Source: Polyangiales bacterium
Lineage (GTDB): Bacteria; Myxococcota_A; Polyangia; Polyangiales; Polyangiaceae
NCBI GenBank assembly: GCA_038231275.1
Contig: JBBRLQ010000001.1
Span: 352,001 to 416,000, forward strand
Length of the DNA: 64,000 bases
Reading direction: 5' to 3'
Part shown: in pieces, positions 1 to 9,536 of the stretch
Layout: every line of letters starts with the position of its first letter
Position numbering within the stretch: position 1 is the first letter of the stretch
Translations under genes and position numbers: made by a program
The notes under the pieces: model-generated
What the model saw: the letters and a program-made list of their open reading frames with translations, nothing else
Told to the model about the DNA's origin: nothing
The model's database searches: none

Positions 1-1
1 G

Positions 2-799
2 GTCGAGGTGCTCGGCCACGCGCCCACGCAGGTCGACGAGCTCCGCTCGCGCCTCGGCGTCTTGCCGCAGGACGCGCTCTTGCCCGCGCAGGACAAAGTC
101 GGCGAGTTCCTGCGCCACGCCGCGCGTCTGCAGAACATCCCGCCCGACAAGGTCGACGCCGAGGTGCGCGACGTGCTCGCCGAGGTCGACGGCAAGGAAT
201 GGTACGATCTGCGCTGCGGCAGCCTCTCGCACGGCATGGCCAAGCGCGTCGCGCTCGCGCAGGCGCTCCTCGGCGATCCGGACGTGGTGCTCCTCGACGA
301 GCCCACCGCTGGCCTCGATCCGAAGGTCGCCTACGAAGTTCGTCAGCTGATCAAGGGGCGCAAGAAGCGCTGCACGATGATCGTGTCGAGCCACAACCTC
401 CAGGAGCTCGAAGAGGTCTGCGACGCCGCGGCGATCCTCGATCGCGGGCGCGTCGTCGCGTCGGGCACGATCAGCGAGCTGACCGCCGCGAGCGAAGAGG
501 TGCACTTCAAACTCGGGCGGCCGCCGGCCGGCGTCGCGGCGACCGGCTATCGCGACGGCAGCGGGCTTCCCCTCGCCGCGATCCGCGAGCTGCCGATCGT
601 GAAGCGCGTGGAGTTCGACGAAGAGCGACGCGAGATCGTCTGCTACTTCGATCGCGGCGCGCCCGATCCCCGCGGCGGGGCCATCGACGCGGAGAGCGTG
701 ATCGAGGCGGTCCTCTGGGTGCTCTTGAATCACCGCATCCGCATCGCCGGCGTCACGAAGGGGCGCGGTCTCGAGCAGCGCGTGATGGAGCTGACGTAG
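2..799 (+). CDS. ABC transporter ATP-binding protein (5' partial)
   Basis: Signature LSHGM, Walker B VVLLDEPTAGLDP, H-loop SSHNL. The frame is open to the window edge and Walker A lies upstream of the window. Confidence 0.9.
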   Translation, partial: VEVLGHAPTQVDELRSRLGVLPQDALLPAQDKVGEFLRHAARLQNIPPDKVDAEVRDVLAEVDGKEWYDLRCGSLSHGMAKRVALAQALLGDPDVVLLDEPTAGLDPKVAYEVRQLIKGRKKRCTMIVSSHNLQELEEVCDAAAILDRGRVVASGTISELTAASEEVHFKLGRPPAGVAATGYRDGSGLPLAAIRELPIVKRVEFDEERREIVCYFDRGAPDPRGGAIDAESVIEAVLWVLLNHRIRIAGVTKGRGLEQRVMELT

Positions 800-898
800 C
801 GCGGCAGAGACACGCCAGTTCGTGCGATTTAGACGCGGCGGAGACGCCGACGCGCGCGTGGCGTATCGTCGCGGTGCGCGCTAAGGTGCCCGCCCTTC

Positions 899-2062
899 AT
901 GGTTCGCGTCGCACGAAAGAGCTGGCCGGAGCCCTCCGCCACGGGCGCGCTCGTCCTGCGCCCGACGCAGCACCTCCTCGTGTATGCGCGGGCGCATTCG
1001 CTGACCGGGACGATGGCGTTCGACGACGGCGAGGGAGGCGGCGGCGTCGTGGTTCTCTCCCGAGGGCTCGTGCACAAGGTGGACGCGCCGCGCGCGGGCG
1101 TGTTCTTGGGAGCGCTCGCGTACGAGCTCGGCCTCGTCGACGCGCGCACCCTCGACGCAAGCCTCCAGGCGCTCTCGGAGGGCGGCGCGCGGAGGCACGG
1201 CGAGATCCTGCTGGCGGGCGGCGCGATCAGCTACCCGCAGCTCTCGGTCGCCCTCATGGAGCAGGCGCTGCGGAAGCTGACGTACCTCCACGGGCTGCCC
1301 GGTCGCGCGTTCTTCTCGTTCTACGACGGCTTCGACGCCCTGCCGACGTGGCCCGCCGATGGGCCGCGCACCGATCCGCTCCCCGCGGTGTGGCGCGGCT
1401 GCCGCGATTTCGTCGCGCCGGAAATTCTGCGCGACATCCTCGGTCGGCTCGGCGACGGCGCGTGGCGCCTCCCGAAGAAGGCGCCGCTCGTGGAGTTCGG
1501 CTTCGACGCCGAGACGCTCGCGATGGCCAGCGATCTGCGCGAGCCGATGACCGTCGAGGAGCTCTTGAACCAAGCGAGTGGCGCGCGCGGACTGGCCGAG
1601 CGCCTGCTCTACGTGCTCGCGATCACGAAGAACCTCGAGCTCGCCGACGAGGTCACGCCGCCGCCTCCGCCGGTGAAGGAGCGCGAGTCCCCCGACTCGG
1701 GCACGTACCAGCGGCTCATCTCGTTCGACCTGCGCACGCCGTTCATGGGAAAGCCCGGCACGGCGGCGCCTCCGCCCGAGCCACCCCTCCTGCCGCCGAC
1801 GCGCCACGAGATCCTCGAGCGCGTGCGGACGGTCGCGGCGGAGTCGCACTACGAGGTTCTGCGCGTCTCCGCGGCGGCGACCGACGAGGAGATCCGCGCG
1901 GCGCATTTCCGGCTGACGCGCGCGTGGAGGCCCGAGCGACTCCCGCCCGACCTGGCCGACGTCCGCGATCCATGCGGCGTCGTGCGTTCGCACATGGACG
2001 CGGCGCTCCGCACGCTAACCGATCCCGAGAAGCGCACCGAGTACGACGCGAAGCGCCGCTGA
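899..2062 (+). CDS. Myxobacterial DUF4388-like protein with C-terminal J-like (DnaJ) domain, HPD replaced by RPE
   Basis: C-terminus HYEVLRVSAAATDEEIRAAHFRLTRAWRPERL...LTDPEKRTEYD is a J-domain pattern. N-terminal FLGALAYELGLV/HGEILL segments resemble GSPII_N/DUF4388 regions. Confidence 0.75.
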   Translation: MVRVARKSWPEPSATGALVLRPTQHLLVYARAHSLTGTMAFDDGEGGGGVVVLSRGLVHKVDAPRAGVFLGALAYELGLVDARTLDASLQALSEGGARRHGEILLAGGAISYPQLSVALMEQALRKLTYLHGLPGRAFFSFYDGFDALPTWPADGPRTDPLPAVWRGCRDFVAPEILRDILGRLGDGAWRLPKKAPLVEFGFDAETLAMASDLREPMTVEELLNQASGARGLAERLLYVLAITKNLELADEVTPPPPPVKERESPDSGTYQRLISFDLRTPFMGKPGTAAPPPEPPLLPPTRHEILERVRTVAAESHYEVLRVSAAATDEEIRAAHFRLTRAWRPERLPPDLADVRDPCGVVRSHMDAALRTLTDPEKRTEYDAKRR

Positions 2063-2066
2063 ACGC

Positions 2067-3974
2067 CTATTTCAGCGCGTCGACGAAGCGCCGGTCGCCT
2101 TCCGCGATCAACGCTACGCATCGCCGGATGTCGGTCGGGCGGCTCTGCTTGGGATCGAGCGCGGCGTCGTAGCAGAGCCAGCCGGTCTTCGCGGACCGGA
2201 CGGCGAGCAGCTCGGCGCGCATGACACCGTACTTCGGGTCGTCGGGCTCGCCCCACACGCCGCTCGCCGTGGACAGGATCGCCATCGGCTCGTTCGCCGC
2301 CTCGCCTTCGCCGGGCGCGCGGAGGAGCGAGCGACCGCCCATGCCCGCCGACGCCGGGAGGGTCGCGCGCGCGTCGAGGGCGCCGAGCACATCGAGGAGC
2401 GTCGCGTGGACGTCTTGCGAGTACGTGCGTCGCGACGCGTAGCCCGCGAGCGCGGCGCGCTGCGCGTCATCGAGCGCGCGCGGTCCGGCGAGGAGCCACC
2501 CCGGCACGCGCAGCTGCTCGTCGAAGAGGTTGGTGAGGTGGTAGAGGCCGCCGTGCTCGCGGAACTCTTCGCCGTGATCGGAGACGAAGAGGACCATCGT
2601 GTCGTCCCACCCGGACGTCGCGCGCAGGTCTTTGACGAAGCCGGCGACCGTGCGCTCCTGAAGAAGGACGCTATTTTTATAGTGATTTTGGAGATCGGAG
2701 ACGTACGCGAGCGGTGAGTCGGAGTGCGGCGCGTTCGGCTGCAGCGCCGGATCGACGCGGTACGGCCAGTGCGTGTTCGAGAGATGAAGCACAGCGAAAT
2801 ACGGCTGGCCGGCCGGCACGCGCCGCACGAAATCGAGCACGCGCGCGGTCGCGTTCTCGTCAGGCGCGCCGATGTGCGGATCCGAGGCATCCCCGAGGTC
2901 CGCGGCGCTCGCGATCTCGTCGATCCCCGCGCGTTCGAGGAACGCGCCGAAGTCGTCGTACCGGAGGTTCTGCGCGCCGATGTACGCGGTGCGGTACCCG
3001 GCGGCGCGCGCGATCTCCCATAGGACGGGCGCGCGGTGCATCGTACGGAAATCCGACTCGGGGCCCAAGCCCGTCCAATAGAGGACGCACGACGTGAAGG
3101 TGCCCGACGACTGCACCGTGAGCCGGCCGAGCGACACGCGATCGGGCGCGACGTCCTCGAGGAAGCGGCCCCTGCACGCGCGCGGATCGGAGCACATCGC
3201 GTCGGCGCGAACGCTCTCGGTGATCACGAAGACGATGTTCGGTCGATGCGCGGGGACCGGCAGGGTCGGGAGTGGCGCTGGCTCGCGGAGGGAGATGCCG
3301 CGGCGCGCCCAGCCCTTGCCGGTGACGCCGTCGTGCACCGCGTGCATCAGGCCGTGGATGAAGCACGTGTCGGGCGGCGCTGCTTGCAGCGATCGCGACT
3401 CGACGAAGTCGATCCAAAAACAGTACGACGCGCCGAGAAATGCAAGCGTCGGCACGAGCGGCCACGCGCTGCGAACGCCCGCGGCGCCACGTCGCGCGCA
3501 ATAGAGGATGACGGCGACGGCGGCGACGCCGATGAGCGCCATGAGGACGATCGACGCGCCCCACGACGCGAGCCACGCGCCGAGCGTTCCGCGGAGCGCG
3601 ATGCCGAGGCGCACCGTGTCGCGCGCCATGTACGCGTGAAACACCTGAAAATAGAGCGCCTGCCCGCCGTATGCGAAGAACGCGAGCGGCGCGACGAAGA
3701 GCGCGGTGAAGACCGCGAGACCCGCGCGGGCGGCGGCGCTGCGTGCTCCGAAGAAGCGCGACGCGAGCCACAGCGGGCCGGCCCAAAACCCCGCGCTCGC
3801 GAGCGACGAGCCGAAGTAGTTGAGCCACTCCTTCGCCGGAAAGACCGAGAGCGAGCGGCCGCGCAATAGGAGGTCCATCGCGATCGCGAGGCCGGTCGGC
3901 GCGAGGAAGTAGAGGACGGACCGCGGTCGCTCTCCGAGGAGCTTCGTCATCACGCGCGCACGCCAGCCGGCCAT
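2067..3974 (-). CDS. Membrane-anchored sulfatase/LTA-synthase-like hydrolase or transferase
   Basis: About 5 N-terminal TM segments, then PNIVFVITESVRAD, HLSNTHWPY and VSDHGEEF alkaline-phosphatase-superfamily motifs. Confidence 0.85.
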   Translation of the reverse strand: MAGWRARVMTKLLGERPRSVLYFLAPTGLAIAMDLLLRGRSLSVFPAKEWLNYFGSSLASAGFWAGPLWLASRFFGARSAAARAGLAVFTALFVAPLAFFAYGGQALYFQVFHAYMARDTVRLGIALRGTLGAWLASWGASIVLMALIGVAAVAVILYCARRGAAGVRSAWPLVPTLAFLGASYCFWIDFVESRSLQAAPPDTCFIHGLMHAVHDGVTGKGWARRGISLREPAPLPTLPVPAHRPNIVFVITESVRADAMCSDPRACRGRFLEDVAPDRVSLGRLTVQSSGTFTSCVLYWTGLGPESDFRTMHRAPVLWEIARAAGYRTAYIGAQNLRYDDFGAFLERAGIDEIASAADLGDASDPHIGAPDENATARVLDFVRRVPAGQPYFAVLHLSNTHWPYRVDPALQPNAPHSDSPLAYVSDLQNHYKNSVLLQERTVAGFVKDLRATSGWDDTMVLFVSDHGEEFREHGGLYHLTNLFDEQLRVPGWLLAGPRALDDAQRAALAGYASRRTYSQDVHATLLDVLGALDARATLPASAGMGGRSLLRAPGEGEAANEPMAILSTASGVWGEPDDPKYGVMRAELLAVRSAKTGWLCYDAALDPKQSRPTDIRRCVALIAEGDRRFVDALK

Positions 3975-4064
3975 TGGCCGTGGACTCTACCGCAAACCGG
4001 CGAGCGGTCGGATCTCGGCGTCGAGTGGCCGGCGCAGCGGCACGCGAAGGCGCATGGATCATGG

Positions 4065-4949
4065 ATGAACGCAGGATGGATGCTGCGCCCCCCTTCGCCG
4101 CGCCTCGAGGAGGGCAACGCCTTGGTCGTCGCCGCGGTCGCGATCGTCGGGGGAGCGTTGGGGCTCGAGCTGGTGCTTCAAGTGGTCGGCGCGCCGACGT
4201 TCGGGTTGCTCGGCACGGGCGGCGAGCGGCTGTGGGTGGCGCTCGTCACGGCGGTGATGAGCGGCGGGCTCGCGGCGATCGCGACGCGCGCCACGACGCC
4301 AGGTGGTGCCATCGCGCTCTGCTTCCTCGCGTTGCCGGCCGGCCTGATGAACACCGTCGTGTGCTTGATGGGTGTATGGGCGATGAAGACCGGCATCTCG
4401 CTCGACGGCATGATCTTCTGCACGCTCTGCGGAGGCATGTACGGAATCATCCTCGGCGGCCCGCTCGGCGCATTGCTCGGCTTCGTGTACGCGTGGCCGA
4501 TCCTCGCGTTCGTGCGCGCGCGCCGCGACGGCTCGCTCGACGCGTCCGATCGCGTCCTCGTGTGGACGGGAGGCTTCGCGGTCGTGATGGGGACGGCGAC
4601 CGCTGGGCTCGCGTTCGCGAAGCGCGGCGTCGACGTGGCGGTGTGCTTTCACATCACGATCGCCGCGCTCGGCGCCGTCGCGCTCGCGATCGGTGGCGTG
4701 CGTCGTTTTCTTCGCGCGCGCTGGCTCCGCGCAGTACGGGCGGGTCGCGTCGCGGATTTCTGCGTCGTCCCGGGGCTCGACCCGCGCTGGGACACCGACG
4801 GCGCACTTCCGTTCGCCGGCGAGCCTCTCTTCGCGTGCGACGCGCTCCTCGTGCGCGCATCCGACATCGTCATCGCGACGGCCTACCGCGACCGGGTCAC
4901 GCCCCCCGCGCTGGCGCTCGTGAGATCGGACGAGCGAGATCAGTCCTGA
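4065..4949 (+). CDS. Hypothetical polytopic membrane protein
   Basis: Six or more hydrophobic Gly/Ala-rich segments and host-like GC3 codon usage. Confidence 0.65.
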   Translation: MNAGWMLRPPSPRLEEGNALVVAAVAIVGGALGLELVLQVVGAPTFGLLGTGGERLWVALVTAVMSGGLAAIATRATTPGGAIALCFLALPAGLMNTVVCLMGVWAMKTGISLDGMIFCTLCGGMYGIILGGPLGALLGFVYAWPILAFVRARRDGSLDASDRVLVWTGGFAVVMGTATAGLAFAKRGVDVAVCFHITIAALGAVALAIGGVRRFLRARWLRAVRAGRVADFCVVPGLDPRWDTDGALPFAGEPLFACDALLVRASDIVIATAYRDRVTPPALALVRSDERDQS

Positions 4950-5620
4950 GGAGGCTTCCACGTCGCGGCGAACCGAAAGCGATCGAGGGGAACGCCTTCG
5001 AGCGCGCCTCCCTGCTCCGGCGACGCGAACTCGAGCCGCGCATCCCGCGCCCCCGCGAGCTCCAGCGCCGCCTCGACGAAGCCCACCGTCGAGCTCGTAT
5101 AAATCCCGTTCATGTGCGACGGGATGATCGAGAGCTCGACCTCGAGGAGCCCGGTCGACACGTGCAGCGAACGCGCGCGTGAAGGCTCGAAGAAGCGATT
5201 GAACGCGTAGTGGACGCGCTCCGCCATCGCCTCGGGCGATCGCGTCTTCAGCACAGGCTTCCAAAGCCCCTGCACGACCGAGCTTGCCGACCAGCGCGAC
5301 CGCGCCTCGATGAAGCGTCCCGTCGAGACCCCCTTCAGCCGAGCCGCGGTGCAATAGAGGAGGACGAGCGGCGCGACGTCGTAGTCTCCCGCCGCGACGA
5401 AGATCTGATCGTAATAGGGCGCGACGTCGGGCCGCCCGAGCGCGCGCAAGAACGCCGCCCGACCGCCCGCGAGACGCTGGTCGATGTAGTCAAGGGCGGT
5501 CCGGAACGCGTGCCCGCGCACGCGAAAGGGGCCGGCGCCAGGCGCAAATTCGCGCGGCCCGACGGGATCGTAACGCCACGGATCGGCGGTGAGCGATGGG
5601 CGAATGGAGGGGTTCAGCAA
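4940..5620 (-). CDS. Hypothetical protein, DUF2378/TIGR02265-like myxobacterial family (start uncertain)
   Basis: FRVRGHAF...YDVAPLVLL...GFVEAALELAGAR...RFAATW pattern recalls this HNOX/4VR-like family. Confidence 0.6.
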   Translation of the reverse strand: MLNPSIRPSLTADPWRYDPVGPREFAPGAGPFRVRGHAFRTALDYIDQRLAGGRAAFLRALGRPDVAPYYDQIFVAAGDYDVAPLVLLYCTAARLKGVSTGRFIEARSRWSASSVVQGLWKPVLKTRSPEAMAERVHYAFNRFFEPSRARSLHVSTGLLEVELSIIPSHMNGIYTSSTVGFVEAALELAGARDARLEFASPEQGGALEGVPLDRFRFAATWKPPQD

Positions 5621-5812
5621 AGGATCCTGCGACCCCGAGAACGGCAGTGAGGGGTGCGAACTTGAGCCGACGGGTCAGGAGCAGTTGCTAGGGGCAGATC
5701 TGGTGGACGGTGACGTCGCCACACAGTCTACACGTGCCCAGCGAGCGCTGCAGGAGGAGAACCGGGGGATCACGTGAACGCCGAGAGCGGACTCAACCGG
5801 CGAAAATCTTTG

Positions 5813-5901
5813 CGGAGAGGGCGGGATTCGAACCCGCGGTCAGGTTTTATCCCGACGCCCGCTTAGCAAGCGGGTACCTTCGGCCACTCGGTCACCTCTC
5901 C
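5813..5901 (-). tRNA. tRNA-Ser(GCT), CCA not encoded
   Basis: Reverse complement GGAGAGGTGACCGAGTGGCCGAAGG, anticodon arm CCCGC-TTGCTAA-GCGGG, long variable arm, GGTTCGAATCC T-arm, acceptor CCTCTCC-G. Confidence 0.97.
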
Positions 5902-6049
5902 AAGGTCGTCGTAGCGGACGCGCGGCAAAGTACACGAAAGCGCAGCGCCTTCAAGCGGCGACGGCATCTTTGGGGAATTTCTGCGTTTTTTCGTGGGTGG
6001 CAGCGGGCTCAAGGGTCCGGCCACCGAGCCGTTCTGCCCGGTGACAACC

Positions 6050-7192
6050 ATGTTTTGGAACCGCACCAAGGCCGACGAGCCCAAGTCCTCCCCTCCGCTC
6101 GCGTCCCTTTCCGCCGCGGGTCCTGTGTCGCTCGACCGACCCGTCGACGCTGACAAGGCGCTCGACGCCGTGGGAGCGCTTCTCCGGGCGATGGGAAAAT
6201 CCGCGTTCGACACCGACGAGTCGCTCGCGATCGCGATCGCGCACCGCTTCGAGCGCTGGGCGCAGCACGTCACGATCGGCGGACGGCACCCTGACGACAT
6301 CGCCGAGTCGGCGCCGAGGCGCGGGCGCGACGTGGCCGGGATGATCCGTGACTTCACCGAGCATCGGAAGCTCGAGCAGCGCTTCGTGCACGAGTCGGTC
6401 GGCGAGCTGCGCGTGCTCGTCTGGAGCTTCGTCCGCAGCGTGCACAAGGGCCTCGCGTCCGAGAGCGCCGACGCGGAGCGAACGAAAGAGCAGATGTCGC
6501 GCCTGCACGCCGCCGCACTGGGCGTCTCGATGGACGAGCTGAAGCGCGAGGCCCTGAACGCGGTGACGACGCTCGACACGATCCTCTCCGAGCGCTCGAA
6601 GCGTCAGGCGGCGCAGGTGACCGAGCTCGGCGAGCGTCTGCGCACGCTGGGGCGGCAGCTCGAGGAAGCGCGGCGCGACAACGATCTCGACGGCCTCACC
6701 AAGGTCGGGAGCCGGCGCGCGTTCGACGAGCGCCTCGAGCGCGTTGCCGAGCTGTCATCGCTCGCGGGGACGGATGCGTGCCTCGTCTTCGTGGACGTCG
6801 ATCACTTCAAATCCGTGAACGACAAGCTCGGGCACGCCGTCGGCGACGCGGTGCTGGCGCGGGTCGCCGACGCGATCTCGCGTGCGTTCTTGCGGAAGAC
6901 GGATTTCGTCGCGCGCTACGGCGGCGACGAGTTCGGCGTCCTCGTGCAGGATCTGGGCGTCGACGGCACGCGGAAGCTGTGCGCGCGCCTCCTCGAACGC
7001 GTGCGCGAGCTCTCGTTCGACGACGTCGCGCCGGGACTCAAGGTGACGTCGTCGATCGGCGTCGCAGAGCTCGCACGCGGCGAGTCGCACGGCGAGTGGC
7101 TTCGCCGCGCCGATCAGGCCTTGTACGCCGCGAAATCGGCGGGGCGCGACCGCACCGTCGAGGCGGACGTCGAGGCGAAGGCCGCCGAGTAG
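6050..7192 (+). CDS. Diguanylate cyclase (GGDEF) with N-terminal helical/coiled-coil region
   Basis: DGLTKVGSRR, DVDHFKSVNDKLGHAVGD, I-site RKTD and RYGGDEF. ATG 6050 preferred over GTG 5993. Confidence 0.93.
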   Translation: MFWNRTKADEPKSSPPLASLSAAGPVSLDRPVDADKALDAVGALLRAMGKSAFDTDESLAIAIAHRFERWAQHVTIGGRHPDDIAESAPRRGRDVAGMIRDFTEHRKLEQRFVHESVGELRVLVWSFVRSVHKGLASESADAERTKEQMSRLHAAALGVSMDELKREALNAVTTLDTILSERSKRQAAQVTELGERLRTLGRQLEEARRDNDLDGLTKVGSRRAFDERLERVAELSSLAGTDACLVFVDVDHFKSVNDKLGHAVGDAVLARVADAISRAFLRKTDFVARYGGDEFGVLVQDLGVDGTRKLCARLLERVRELSFDDVAPGLKVTSSIGVAELARGESHGEWLRRADQALYAAKSAGRDRTVEADVEAKAAE

Positions 7193-7199
7193 TCCGCTT

Positions 7200-7559
7200 T
7201 CACGCGACGCTGCGCTCGACCTGATCGAGCGCGCGACGCAAAAGGAGCACTGGCGCCGTGCGGGCGCCGCGCGCGAGGACCCGCCGGCCGAGCGCGCGAT
7301 CGGGAGTGACCACGGTGTACTTGCGAGACGCGCCGTCGAGCTCGACCATGCGGAGGATCTCGTCGTGTGCGCGGCCAGAACCGCCCGCGTAAAGCACTTT
7401 CACCCCACTTCTCAGCGCGCCGTGGGGCAGGTCGAGCTGACCGGCCCCTTCGAACACGACGATGGAGGGTGTGCCATACGCGCGCGCGAGCCGGCCGAGG
7501 CCGTCGATGAGGCGGTGGCGTGCAGAACCTGTGACTTCGTTGCCGTCGATGAGGAACAT
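7200..7559 (-). CDS. NYN/PIN-like (YacP-type) domain protein, degenerate
   Basis: MFLIDGNE...IVVFEG...AHDEI...VVTPDRAL...ARGA matches the YacP-like layout IDGYN/VVFDG/ADD/VVTSDR. Confidence 0.65.
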   Translation of the reverse strand: MFLIDGNEVTGSARHRLIDGLGRLARAYGTPSIVVFEGAGQLDLPHGALRSGVKVLYAGGSGRAHDEILRMVELDGASRKYTVVTPDRALGRRVLARGARTAPVLLLRRALDQVERSVA

Positions 7560-7571
7560 GACGGATTCCAA

Positions 7572-7587
7572 AGCAAGCGCTCGGCCA
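7572..7587 (-). promoter_or_regulatory. Putative sigma54 (-24/-12) promoter for the NYN-like gene
   Basis: Minus strand TGGCCGA-GCGC-TTGCT with exact GG-N10-GC spacing. Confidence 0.55.
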
Positions 7588-7673
7588 ACCGTCGTCGCGG
7601 CGAATATCACGCCGTTCGTCATGCGCGTCGAGTGTCCCGGACGATCGGAGGCCGTCCCCGGACACACGTCCCA

Positions 7674-7707
7674 CCGAACGCGCTCACCCGAACGCGCTCA
7701 CCCGAAC
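7674..7707. repeat. 14-bp tandem duplication covering the dioxygenase stop codon
   Basis: CCGAACGCGCTCAC x2 followed by CCGAAC. Confidence 0.85.
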
Positions 7708-8504
7708 TGTACCGACCGTTTCGTGAACGATCCGTACGTGAACCCTTCGATCGGGAAGCGCGCGGCCTCGGCGCGACCGATCGACGCGCCGAGCGCGATC
7801 ATCACCGGCACGAAATGCTCGTGCGTGGGCAGCGCCATCCGAACGCCGGGCCCACGCTCGCGGTACTGAACGAGCGCGTCCACGTCGCGCTTCGCGAGGC
7901 TCTCCGCACAGAACGCGTCGAACTCGCTCGCCCACGCCGGCACCGGCGCGCCCGGCTCCCACGAGATCGCCCGCATGTTGTGCGTGAGAAAGCCGCTGCC
8001 GATGATCAGGATCCCCTCGTCGCGCAGCGGCGCCAGCGCCTTGCCGAGCGCGACGAGCTTGGCCGGATCCATCGTCGGGATCGAGATCTGCAGCACCGGC
8101 ACGTCCGCCTCCGGGTACATCGGCAGGAGCGGCACGTACGCGCCGTGGTCGAGCCCGCGCGTCTCGTCGTCCTTCACCGGGTGCGTCGCCGCGAGCAGCT
8201 CGTGCACGCGTTTCTTCAGCTCCGGCGCGCCTGGGGCCGCGTATTTCACGTCGTAATACTTCTGCGGGAATCCGTAGAAATCGTAGACGAGCGGCAGCGT
8301 GCGCGACGCGCCGAGCGTCACGGGCGCGGCCTCCCAGTGCGCCGAAATCATCAAAATTCCCTTTGGCCGCGGCATCGCCTTCGCCCACGCCGCGAGCTCC
8401 GCAAGCCACGCGTGGTCATCGAGCGTCAGGGGCGAGCCGTGGGCGAGAAACACGGCGGGCATCGCGGCGCCTGTGTCTGCGGTATGGGCGGCTCCGTCGG
8501 TCAT
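7698..8504 (-). CDS. Class III extradiol ring-cleavage dioxygenase (LigB/DODA, YgiD-like)
   Basis: FLAHGSP, ISAHW, YDFYGFP, RGLDHGAYVPL, GSGFLTHN and PTHEHFVP motifs. Confidence 0.93.
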   Translation of the reverse strand: MTDGAAHTADTGAAMPAVFLAHGSPLTLDDHAWLAELAAWAKAMPRPKGILMISAHWEAAPVTLGASRTLPLVYDFYGFPQKYYDVKYAAPGAPELKKRVHELLAATHPVKDDETRGLDHGAYVPLLPMYPEADVPVLQISIPTMDPAKLVALGKALAPLRDEGILIIGSGFLTHNMRAISWEPGAPVPAWASEFDAFCAESLAKRDVDALVQYRERGPGVRMALPTHEHFVPVMIALGASIGRAEAARFPIEGFTYGSFTKRSVQFG

Positions 8505-8595
8505 CGAAGGAGGTTAAGACGTCCGCCGTCGCCCCACAATTGCGCGGGCGAGAACAGTGAGCTCCCGGCGCGGTCTGCCTCGGTGCGGGCGCGAA

Positions 8596-9522
8596 TCAGA
8601 AGGCGTTCGACGGGAGGCGGAAGATGAGAAAGGTCCGCGTCGTGTCGCCAGGTCCTACGTAATGGAACGCGTCGCCGCCGTTCGGCGTGTACCACATCCA
8701 TCGCGCAGCCGCGGGGACGCCCTCTTTCCCGTTGTCGCTCTGGCAGGCGATTTGGAACGCGCCGGTGTTGTCGCTGTTGTCCTCGCCGACGGCGAGGGTG
8801 CCGACCGCGCCAGGCGTGACCGCGCCGGTGACATCGACCCATCCGCCGCTCGTCGTGCTCTTGTCGCCAGTGCCCGCGTTGCAGGCCGCGATTTGCTGCG
8901 CGACGGTGGCTTGCACGGGACCGGGCGCGGGTGCGATGTACTCGACGCCGGTGGCGCACGCCTGCCATCGGGAATCGCCGGTGAGGACGACGGAGCCGCT
9001 CGCCGCCTTCAGCTGGCCGATCACGCCTTGCGTCGTGGCGTGATCGGCCCACGCGACGATGTAGAAGTACGCGTGGGCGGGCGCGTCCTTGCCGGGGACC
9101 GCGAACGACTCGGGGCCGACGCCGAGGGGGCAGCTGAAGATTTCGCTCGCGAGCGTGGCCGGCGCGACGGGCGTGTACGTGGTGACGCCGTTCACGTCGC
9201 CCCAGCCGAAGCCGTACGCATTGTCGGCCGTGAGCACCGCGGTGATGTCGGGCGCGGGTCCCCATGGGCTCCCGTCGCTGCCCGCGTCGGTCGGCGCGGC
9301 GTCGGGGCGCGCGGCGTCGCTCGTTGGTCCTGCGTCGCGCGCCGCGTCGACTTCGGCGTCGCCATCCAGCGAGGGCGGCGGCCTCCCTCCGTCGCTCGGG
9401 ATCCCTCCTGCGTCGTCGATCGGCGCCGCACCAGGCGACGCCCCGTCATCGGCGGCGGGGGCATACGCGCAGGCCGCCGCGAGGAGCACGGTCGAAGCAA
9501 AGATCGAAAGACGCGCGCGCAC
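8596..9522 (-). CDS. Secreted lipoprotein, possible lectin-like beta-sandwich
   Basis: Lipobox LAAAC, DAG-rich linker, LTADNAYGFGWG...ARWMW...FLIFRLP domain. Confidence 0.7.
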   Translation of the reverse strand: MRARLSIFASTVLLAAACAYAPAADDGASPGAAPIDDAGGIPSDGGRPPPSLDGDAEVDAARDAGPTSDAARPDAAPTDAGSDGSPWGPAPDITAVLTADNAYGFGWGDVNGVTTYTPVAPATLASEIFSCPLGVGPESFAVPGKDAPAHAYFYIVAWADHATTQGVIGQLKAASGSVVLTGDSRWQACATGVEYIAPAPGPVQATVAQQIAACNAGTGDKSTTSGGWVDVTGAVTPGAVGTLAVGEDNSDNTGAFQIACQSDNGKEGVPAAARWMWYTPNGGDAFHYVGPGDTTRTFLIFRLPSNAF

Positions 9523-9536
9523 GATGCCTCCAGCTG

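Noticed and set aside
5621-5810. Possible ncRNA or integrase remnant downstream of tRNA-Ser(GCT)
   Set aside because: No recognisable RNA family motif, convincing hairpin or protein similarity by eye. An Infernal/Rfam scan would be needed.
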